DNA from: a virus
Taxonomy: Duplodnaviria > Caudoviricetes
Reading direction: 5' to 3' (one strand)
Virus record (IMG/VR): IMGVR_UViG_3300037605_000001
Location: 1 to 42,489 of that record
Length of the DNA stretch: 42,489 nt
Shown here piece after piece: positions 36,265-42,489 of this stretch (positions are counted from its first letter, which is position 1; the number at the start of each line of letters is the position of its first letter). The notes beneath the pieces are model-generated. The model saw only the letters and a program-made list of their open reading frames with translations, was not told the DNA's origin and did not search any database. Made by a program: the position numbers and the translations under genes.

Positions 36265-36567
36265 TCAATCCAAGGGAGGGTAGAGATACATCTCTGCCTT
36301 CTCGCCATCTGGGGTCCATCGGTAGTGATGGAATACCCCTCCGGTATCTTGGATGAACTTGCGTTTCTGGGGGTCATGGGTCGGGGTTTGGAAGGCCCAC
36401 AGCGGCAAGGCTATTGATCGTCGGATCAGAGCCATCGCCTCTAGGAAACGCTTCCTCACCCCTTTGGACCACATGACATAGACATCAGCGTGAAGGATCA
36501 CACCGAACCAAAGGAACTCCCCCCGTATCTCGAACTCACTGGTTCGGATCAAAGGGACATCACTCAT
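36265..36567 (-). CDS. hypothetical virion-assembly protein
   Basis: Position between tail and core genes. Confidence 0.6.
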   Translation of the reverse strand: MSDVPLIRTSEFEIRGEFLWFGVILHADVYVMWSKGVRKRFLEAMALIRRSIALPLWAFQTPTHDPQKRKFIQDTGGVFHHYRWTPDGEKAEMYLYPPLD

Positions 36568-36734
36568 GGCAGGGTCTTCAGGTAGTCCTGAATTTCCTTC
36601 GTCGCTCGTTGGAGTTGTTGAATTGCAACCGAGATGTTCCTCAGTTCCCGCTCAAGATAGCCCCGGTCATTGCCGAGGATCGGAGGGGGACTGGGGACAT
36701 ACGGTTCGGGGTTGTTCGAGTTCTCGAATGGCAT
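36564..36734 (-). CDS. 56-aa hypothetical protein
   Basis: MPFENSNNPEPYVPSPPP...YLERELRNI...; GAGG RBS; coupled to neighbours. Confidence 0.65.
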   Translation of the reverse strand: MPFENSNNPEPYVPSPPPILGNDRGYLERELRNISVAIQQLQRATKEIQDYLKTLP

Positions 36735-36735
36735 G

Positions 36736-38349
36736 TTACCTCTTTGAGATTAGGAGGACATCTGCATCGAAACCGCCAAATGACACATCGACACCCACGG
36801 GGAACTCAAGTCTCATGGAGAGGTATCGACCGTTGATCCGAGTGTCATACTTCGGGAACCCCCAGATCGGGAGTTCGAGCATCTGAAGCCACTGGACTGG
36901 GGCGTTCACGTCCGAGGACTGACCGAACTGGATTCGGATCGTCGCCTGTTCGTTGGAGGTCTTGAACTGAGGCACGATGCTTCGGATCATCTTTCGCCCA
37001 TAGAGCGGCAGTCCGAGTTCATCCATGTCCTTGCCTAGGAACAGACCATAGGCGGGCCAGAGCACTTCCTCAACCACAGCGTTGGGCAGGAAGCCTCCTT
37101 CCAGATCGTCCAAGAAGAACGACTGAGCCGGGAAGGTATCGTGACCAGACGAAGCGAGGATCAGAGAAGGCGGACGTTGACCGTCATAGGATACCCAAGA
37201 GCCGATCTCACCAGACCATGTGAGCATGTCCTCCCAAGGGGCGGTCTTCACGTTGGACGAGTAAGTAGAGCCAACCACCTGAGGCATGTCCACGAAGGTC
37301 CATGTGTTTGCTCGGTAGTTGAAGATTGCAGCTTGGTTACAGCCTGATGTCTGGGACACTGTGAGTGCGTTTGAGCCTTCCACACTGGGATAGCAGAACC
37401 CAATCTCACCCTTTGACCTGTCATGGAACACGAAACAGCGGTCCTTGAGGTTGAAGTCCAGGGATTTGAAGACCCCTTCGTAGACACGTCCGGTTGCAAT
37501 GGACACCTTGCTGAAGCCATCGTGCATGATGATGTCGTTCTCGGAGAAGACGTAATGCTTCCCATCGACCTCGACCGCACAGTTCGGAGCAATCATCCCT
37601 ACGTCATCGAAGACCTTCTGGAACCGGAAGACGAAGGGCGCACCAATGAAGTCCATACGGAAGGTCTGGGTCTTGCCATAGATCATGAACACGTCAGCCA
37701 AGGCTAGACCATCGACCAGAGAGTCTCGACAGTCGTTCAGAATGTTCTCACCTGAGAGAGACGCAAGGTTGGTCGGGTCCCAGTTGGCGGGTGGTGCGCC
37801 AGCTTGAGCGGCATCAGACCACTTCACCATCACTGGATATTCCTCAACACCTTTGGAGACATTGATCGCAATCAGGAAGTCCTTGAAGGACCTGAGTGAC
37901 TTGGTGTGCCACCCTGAGTCCCATGCAGGGATTGGAGAGAAGGCACCATCGGTAGGCTCAAGGCGGTAGACGGGGACATCTTCAATTCGGTTGGAATAGG
38001 TCACACCACCAAGGAATGTAGTGGTGATTTGCTCGGTTCCCGTCACCAAAGACCCAGACGGTGTGACATCAGTTGTCACCCCAGAGGTCCTCTGCTCCAT
38101 CGAACCGTCACTAAAGACCGTGATGAGGAACCCTGCCCCTTCTGGCCCACCACCTTCGAACACTCCTACAGGGGTTTTACCGTAGCTGTAGTCAGCTTCA
38201 AACTGCTTGAAGACGGAGTAGCGGGATACCGCCCCATCAGAGAAGCGGAGGTTCTTGGCCTCTTGCCAAGCATTGAATGGGATGTCGTGGGCTTCGAGGT
38301 CAGTTATGACCCCAACCTCGCCCACCCCCCGATACGGAACGGTGGGCAT
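36736..38349 (-). CDS. tail nozzle/stabilisation protein
   Basis: 537 aa, beta-rich; N.RF.DG and VKWSD motifs; position. Confidence 0.7.
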   Translation of the reverse strand: MPTVPYRGVGEVGVITDLEAHDIPFNAWQEAKNLRFSDGAVSRYSVFKQFEADYSYGKTPVGVFEGGGPEGAGFLITVFSDGSMEQRTSGVTTDVTPSGSLVTGTEQITTTFLGGVTYSNRIEDVPVYRLEPTDGAFSPIPAWDSGWHTKSLRSFKDFLIAINVSKGVEEYPVMVKWSDAAQAGAPPANWDPTNLASLSGENILNDCRDSLVDGLALADVFMIYGKTQTFRMDFIGAPFVFRFQKVFDDVGMIAPNCAVEVDGKHYVFSENDIIMHDGFSKVSIATGRVYEGVFKSLDFNLKDRCFVFHDRSKGEIGFCYPSVEGSNALTVSQTSGCNQAAIFNYRANTWTFVDMPQVVGSTYSSNVKTAPWEDMLTWSGEIGSWVSYDGQRPPSLILASSGHDTFPAQSFFLDDLEGGFLPNAVVEEVLWPAYGLFLGKDMDELGLPLYGRKMIRSIVPQFKTSNEQATIRIQFGQSSDVNAPVQWLQMLELPIWGFPKYDTRINGRYLSMRLEFPVGVDVSFGGFDADVLLISKR

Positions 38350-38354
38350 ATGTG

Positions 38355-39080
38355 TCAGCCTTTCATGATGAGAGCCAGAGCGTAGAAGGGAGGAAGGTTC
38401 TCGTGAGCCTCACCACCACCGACTTCAGCAGTCGTGCCAGAGAAGTTGTGGGTGTGGGCACCAGCCGAGTTGATGGTGTGCGTGTGCTCACCAGCAGGGT
38501 TTGTGACGTGAGGGGCAACGACTGGGTTGTCGTTCAACAGACCAAAGCGGGCGTTCCTCGGAGTAACCGGAGACGATGTGCTGTGGTCAGACCGAATGTT
38601 GTGCGTGTGAGCACCAGCACTGTTCATCGTGTGGGAGTGAGCACCGGAGGATACCGTGGTCCCTTCAAAGGTGTGGGCGTGGTTTGGCATCTGAGCCGAT
38701 GTCAGAGTGACCTCAGCAGCACCCCCAGTGTCGCCGGGGTTGTATTCTCCACCAGCACCCATGATGAACATATCACGAAGGTCTGGGGTTCCATTCTGAC
38801 CATCACACAGGAACCAACCTGATGGAATCTCAGCGATGGTCCCAGACCACATGATGATCCCACGGCGAGGCACAATGCCTCCATAGCCAACTTGGTTCAG
38901 AGTGGAGAGAAGGTTCATCTGGGCTTGGGTCGGAGTGACAGCGCCAGTGATGTTCGGGAAGGTGGCCTTGAGAGCGGCCTTGATCAGTCGGATGTGATCG
39001 TCACCTTGGCGGATCGGATCGTTGGTCGTCGGGTTGGACTCGACTAGCTGATGGATATGCGTGGCACTTTCGAGGGCCAT
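38355..39080 (-). CDS. short tail fibre/collar protein
   Basis: GDDHIRLIK, GWFLCDGQNGTPDLR, repeated AG.H.H, HENLPPFYAL. Confidence 0.85.
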   Translation of the reverse strand: MALESATHIHQLVESNPTTNDPIRQGDDHIRLIKAALKATFPNITGAVTPTQAQMNLLSTLNQVGYGGIVPRRGIIMWSGTIAEIPSGWFLCDGQNGTPDLRDMFIMGAGGEYNPGDTGGAAEVTLTSAQMPNHAHTFEGTTVSSGAHSHTMNSAGAHTHNIRSDHSTSSPVTPRNARFGLLNDNPVVAPHVTNPAGEHTHTINSAGAHTHNFSGTTAEVGGGEAHENLPPFYALALIMKG

Positions 39081-39127
39081 AGGTTGCCTCCTTTGGACTG
39101 ATCCAAAGGGGCACCCCTTCGGTCAGC

Positions 39128-39394
39128 TTAGGTTTCTTGTTCGGGATATGCGTAGGTGCCTTCGTCAACCCACTGGGCGAACCAAGAGTCGAAGTCGAAG
39201 TTACCGAGGCGCTGGGCGTAGAATTGTTCCCTCAGTTGATCGAAGGTGATTTCACCGACCTCGAAGTCCATCACGGACTCGACAAGGTGGTCGATCAGGA
39301 ACGTCTCAGGAAGGGTGCTTGAGGGAGCATAGGGGGAACCTGAGAGGGCTTGGGATAGCAGGTCAGGGAGTCCTGAAACTGGGGCTGTGGTCAT
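39128..39394 (-). CDS. hypothetical protein, first gene of the virion arm
   Basis: ATG 39394 after AAAGGAG. Confidence 0.65.
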   Translation of the reverse strand: MTTAPVSGLPDLLSQALSGSPYAPSSTLPETFLIDHLVESVMDFEVGEITFDQLREQFYAQRLGNFDFDSWFAQWVDEGTYAYPEQET

Positions 39395-39753
39395 GGGTCG
39401 TCTCCTTTGGGTCCACAAATTTCAAATCAATAATAATAATAACAATAATAACCCCGTTTTTTGAAGTCACTTTCGCCAACCCCCGACCCCTTCTGATATG
39501 CCTAAAAATCGGCCTGTAATACACATTCAAGATGTATGGAGTTGGTAGGAAAGTCCTTTGTTTTCAAGGGGTTAGCTGATCATTCCTGTGTTGTGTGTCA
39601 TTAGTGTGCATATGACCTAACGAATGGTCCACATATAGCACCAACGCAAGGTGACGGGATAGGGCCTAAGTGGAAGTAATGCCCTGCGAAACTTGGGCCT
39701 GTTACACTATTACATCCTTTTAACGCAACACGCTGTCATAGGAGAAATGAGCC

Positions 39754-40128
39754 ATGCGTAAACAAGTGAAACTGACGTTCAACATGGGTGCTAAGGCACT
39801 GTCTGACGTGTTCAAAGAAGACGTAATCAAGGCCGCTTGCACCTGTTCTGGCGGGTGCTTTGTGGTCAATGGCACTGGCTACTGGGTGGAAGGTGAAACC
39901 CATGCCAAGCGGTTCAAAGGTGAACCTCAAGCTGAGGATGCGCTGGTCATTGAACTGACCTGTGAGGCCGACAAGGTGGAAGGCGTATATGCCGACATGC
40001 AAGCGGAAATCGCTCATGCCGCCGCGTTCTGGTTCCAAGAGATTGACTGGGTGCATGTTACCCAAGTCGAGATGATCGGTCGGCACTTCTCTGTTGCTGC
40101 ACTGAATAACGCTGTCGCCGCTGAGTGA
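39754..40128 (+). CDS. hypothetical early protein
   Basis: AGGAGAAATGAGCC-ATG leader. Confidence 0.8.
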   Translation: MRKQVKLTFNMGAKALSDVFKEDVIKAACTCSGGCFVVNGTGYWVEGETHAKRFKGEPQAEDALVIELTCEADKVEGVYADMQAEIAHAAAFWFQEIDWVHVTQVEMIGRHFSVAALNNAVAAE

Positions 40129-40193
40129 CGGAATAGGCCCTAGGTGAAAGCCTAGGGTTTTCCCTTAGACCAAATCCAAAGGAGAAAAGAGCC

Positions 40194-40370
40194 ATGACTA
40201 AGAAAGAACGAAAGAAGAAAATCCAAGCCCTGCTGAAAGAGGCTTACACCCTGATGTGGGAAGGAATGAAGGAGGACGAAAAGATTTATCTGAAGTGGAG
40301 AACTCCGCTTGAGATGCTTTCAAGCCTCTACTCTCATGCTTTCCGCTCTGACATCTGGGAGGACATCTAA
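40194..40370 (+). CDS. 58-aa hypothetical protein
   Basis: MTKKERKKKIQALLKE...; AGGAGAAAAGAGCC-ATG leader. Confidence 0.7.
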   Translation: MTKKERKKKIQALLKEAYTLMWEGMKEDEKIYLKWRTPLEMLSSLYSHAFRSDIWEDI

Positions 40371-40443
40371 TGCGCCGCTATATCGTGGATGACTCTGGGG
40401 TCATCATCTTCATCTAAATCACTGGCGGGAATCCATCGGGTTC

Positions 40444-40478
40444 CTGCCTCTATAAATGAGGCCACTTATTGAGACTAT
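40444..40478. promoter_or_regulatory. 35-bp promoter-like repeat, class 2, copy 1
   Basis: CTGCCTCTATAAATGAGGCCACTTATTGAGACTAT; one mismatch to 41489-41523. Confidence 0.6.
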
Positions 40479-40536
40479 GCCTAGTCGGCAAGCCTTCTGG
40501 CCTTTCCATTAGACTCAATCCAAAGGAGCAACTACC

Positions 40537-41403
40537 ATGAACGCACAAGCCAACCTGAACCTGATCGAAGATGTCAAAGCAGGAGTGAATGAGATGATCG
40601 ACGCAACCACCGCACCAGCACCCAAGAAGGCCAAGCGCCCTGCGAAGCCTGTGAAGGCTGAGAAGCCCAAGGCCGCTGAGGCTGAGGCCGCAAAGCCTGT
40701 CCGCAACGCCAAGCCCGCAAAGCCTGAGCCTGTCCTGTTCAAGGGTTTCGCTCTGGCCGATGGCGCAAGCCCTGAGGCCGTGGAAACCGCTGCGAAGAAG
40801 GCCCAAGAGGCTCTGGACGCAATCAAAGGCTCTGAGGCCGGACTGGTGGGTCACTACATGACCTTAGGCCAGTTCCAGTCTGAAGCCGCGCCTCTGTTCA
40901 AGTCCACGAAACTCTATGGTGAGTTCCTGAAGGCTGAATTGCCCGCGTCACAGGCTCTTGACCCTGCCCTGCGTTCCAACTGCAAATGGCTCTTCGAAGC
41001 CCTGAACGCTGAAGGCCATGAGGCCAGCGACCTGTTGACCGTTCTGGGCGTCAACCGGATAGAGGACTTCAAGTCTGGCAACCCCACGGTGATCCGGCGT
41101 GAATACAAGGCCGCAAAGGCTGAAGCCGACAAGGCCGCAGCACTGAAGGCCAAAGCTGAGGCTGAGGGGGTTGACGTTTCTGAGGCTGAGAAGCTGATGA
41201 AAGAAGAGGCTGAGGCCCAAGCCAAGAAGGACCAAGCCGCCGCCAAGCGGAAACTGACCTCTCTTGAGAAGAAGGTGAAAGCCTTCCTCATGCAGCACGG
41301 CGACAACGAAGAGATGGCAACGGAAGCCTCTGACCTGATCCGTGGCCTGATCGAAGCCAACCCCAAGGAACAGATTGCATATCTGGAATCCATCGTCGGC
41401 TGA
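40537..41403 (+). CDS. hypothetical Ala/Lys/Glu-rich protein
   Basis: 288 aa, AAAGGAG RBS, followed by a terminator. Confidence 0.85.
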   Translation: MNAQANLNLIEDVKAGVNEMIDATTAPAPKKAKRPAKPVKAEKPKAAEAEAAKPVRNAKPAKPEPVLFKGFALADGASPEAVETAAKKAQEALDAIKGSEAGLVGHYMTLGQFQSEAAPLFKSTKLYGEFLKAELPASQALDPALRSNCKWLFEALNAEGHEASDLLTVLGVNRIEDFKSGNPTVIRREYKAAKAEADKAAALKAKAEAEGVDVSEAEKLMKEEAEAQAKKDQAAAKRKLTSLEKKVKAFLMQHGDNEEMATEASDLIRGLIEANPKEQIAYLESIVG

Positions 41404-41421
41404 GGTCCAACCCTAGCCTAT

Positions 41422-41454
41422 CCCTAGTCCCCCTTGTGGGGGCTGGGGTTTTTT
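41422..41454 (+). terminator. intrinsic terminator
   Basis: CCCTAGTCCCC...GGGGGCTGGGG followed by T6. Confidence 0.8.
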
Positions 41455-41488
41455 ATCTGGGTTGCTGCTACACAGTCCCTATCGGTTG

Positions 41489-41523
41489 CTGCCTCTATAA
41501 ATGAGGCCGCTTATTGAGACTAT
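41489..41523. promoter_or_regulatory. 35-bp promoter-like repeat, class 2, copy 2
   Basis: CTGCCTCTATAAATGAGGCCGCTTATTGAGACTAT. Confidence 0.6.
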
Positions 41524-41531
41524 TCTAAGCC

Positions 41532-41659
41532 TCACCCTAGATCACCCTAGATCACCCCTGACCCTGCCCCTTTATGGCTATCTGCTATAGGGAAACCGCG
41601 AGGACATGAGCAAGGAACCTAAGCCTAACCTAAGATCACCCAAGATCACCCAAGATCAC
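41532..41659. repeat. two arrays of 10-bp tandem repeats
   Basis: TCACCCTAGA x2 + TCACCC (41532-41557); AAGATCACCC x2 + AAGATCAC (41632-41659). Confidence 0.85.
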
Positions 41660-41702
41660 TGAGGGCATGGGGGGGGTATAGTTTAGCCTGAGCCTTCAGT
41701 CT

Positions 41703-41722
41703 TGAGGCCGCTTATTGAGACT
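41703..41722. promoter_or_regulatory. partial class 2 repeat
   Basis: TGAGGCCGCTTATTGAGACT. Confidence 0.55.
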
Positions 41723-41914
41723 GGTCAGAATGATTGACCTATATTAGGTGCATCGCAGGAGAGGCCCTGAGAGGCCCCTAGGAAGCCCATGAGCCTGTCA
41801 GGCTATGGATGCACCCAAGATCGCCCTAAGAGCCTGTAGACCCTGCCCTGTTGCCTCTGGTGACGGGATAGCCCCTACACGGTAGTCGTTACCACTTCCT
41901 ACACGGTCCCTTGC

Positions 41915-41943
41915 TTGACAGTATGGACCTGCGAAACTATCAA
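41915..41943 (+). promoter_or_regulatory. putative host sigma70 promoter
   Basis: TTGACA-17 bp-TATCAA upstream of the gene at 41991. Confidence 0.5.
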
Positions 41944-41990
41944 CCGCGCAATGCGCGCCCATTAGACCAAATCCAAAGGAGAAATGAGCC

Positions 41991-42203
41991 ATGACACGCA
42001 AGCACTATGTAATGATCGCCCAAGCCTTCGCTGATGCTGGGCTGATGACCGAACTGCAAGAAGCTGGTTCTGTGATTATTGAGTGTCAACACGAAGGTAT
42101 CCGTCATGCCGCTGAATATGTTGCCTCTGCCCTGTCGCGGGACAATCCAAGGTTCGACCGTGGTCGCTTCCTGAAAGCCTGTGAACTGAGGGCTGAGGCA
42201 TGA
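41991..42203 (+). CDS. hypothetical early protein
   Basis: MTRKHYVMIA...DNPRFDRGRFLKAC, a recurrent small phage early-protein pattern. Confidence 0.8.
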   Translation: MTRKHYVMIAQAFADAGLMTELQEAGSVIIECQHEGIRHAAEYVASALSRDNPRFDRGRFLKACELRAEA

Positions 42204-42316
42204 CCCTGATCGGTTTCGTTGACTACCTGCAAGATCAATCCCTGACCGCTCTGGCCGTGGCTTTCATCGCTACCGCTGGGGCTTGGCTCTATGCCGAATG
42301 GAGTGACAGCCAATGA
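42200..42316 (+). CDS. 38-aa membrane peptide
   Basis: ATGA overlaps at both ends; one hydrophobic segment. Confidence 0.55.
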   Translation: MTLIGFVDYLQDQSLTALAVAFIATAGAWLYAEWSDSQ

Positions 42317-42489
42317 CCCCTGAAGAACTGCAAGCCTATGCTGATCAACACCTGAAGAACTTCGAAGTCCTCTTCAGGGAAGCCCAGAACGCTATGCGGC
42401 AAGTCTGGGTCTTGGCCCCTTGTGACTCTGACCGAGAGGCTGGGGCGAAGTCCGTCCTGAACAAGATGGAGAACGTCCAGAAGGCTTTC
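42313..42489 (+). CDS. hypothetical protein, truncated by window end
   Basis: GGAG RBS; open for 59 codons to the edge. Confidence 0.6.
   Translation, partial: MTPEELQAYADQHLKNFEVLFREAQNAMRQVWVLAPCDSDREAGAKSVLNKMENVQKAF

Larger units (their letters stand above)
263..41976. repeat. dispersed palindrome TT(G/A)GA-N4/5-TCCAA, at least 25 copies
   Basis: Core starts: 263, 1781, 3802, 6201, 7726, 9835, 11923, 13822, 16282, 17199, 17757, 19994, 21211, 21620, 23859, 26539, 28210, 30858, 31918, 33482, 36260, 39093, 40165, 40509, 41962. The 7726 and 21211 copies have one mismatch; 13822 is the A-variant reversed. Confidence 0.92.

Noticed and set aside
263-41976. CRISPR array or host FNR boxes as the explanation for the palindrome
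   Set aside because: Copies are dispersed without regular spacers, and the half-site is TTGGA rather than TTGAT.
42313-42489. Window is a closed circle (last ORF stays open into position 1)
   Set aside because: No terminal overlap; a ~30-codon open stretch is expected by chance, and the integrase implied by att is missing.

Overview
The window is a near-complete, circularly permuted podovirus genome, most likely a prophage of an alphaproteobacterium. It starts at an att-like 3' tRNA fragment (87-126, minus strand) and is truncated at the right within the early genes. No integrase or repressor is visible. A plus-strand arm (287-17133) carries transcription, replication and nucleotide genes: SSB, RusA, primase-helicase, PolA, exonuclease, ThyX, MazG-like and class II RNR. 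It meets a minus-strand lysis/virion arm (17322-39394) at a bidirectional terminator, an architecture recalling SIO1/cobavirus-type phages. Putative early genes follow (39754-end). The unusual part is the transcription apparatus. (1) A T7-type RNA polymerase is split into two genes with small ORFs inserted at the break. (2) A second T7-type RNA polymerase domain with intact catalytic motifs forms the C-terminus of a 1723-aa internal virion protein. (3) A probable sRNA directly after the polymerase gene has a loop complementary to that gene's ribosome-binding region. (4) At least 25 copies of a palindrome TT(G/A)GA-N4/5-TCCAA are spread over the genome. (5) There are two related classes of promoter-like repeats. 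(6) There is an unannotated Com-like zinc-ribbon ORF. All calls come from reading motifs by eye; no database search was run.
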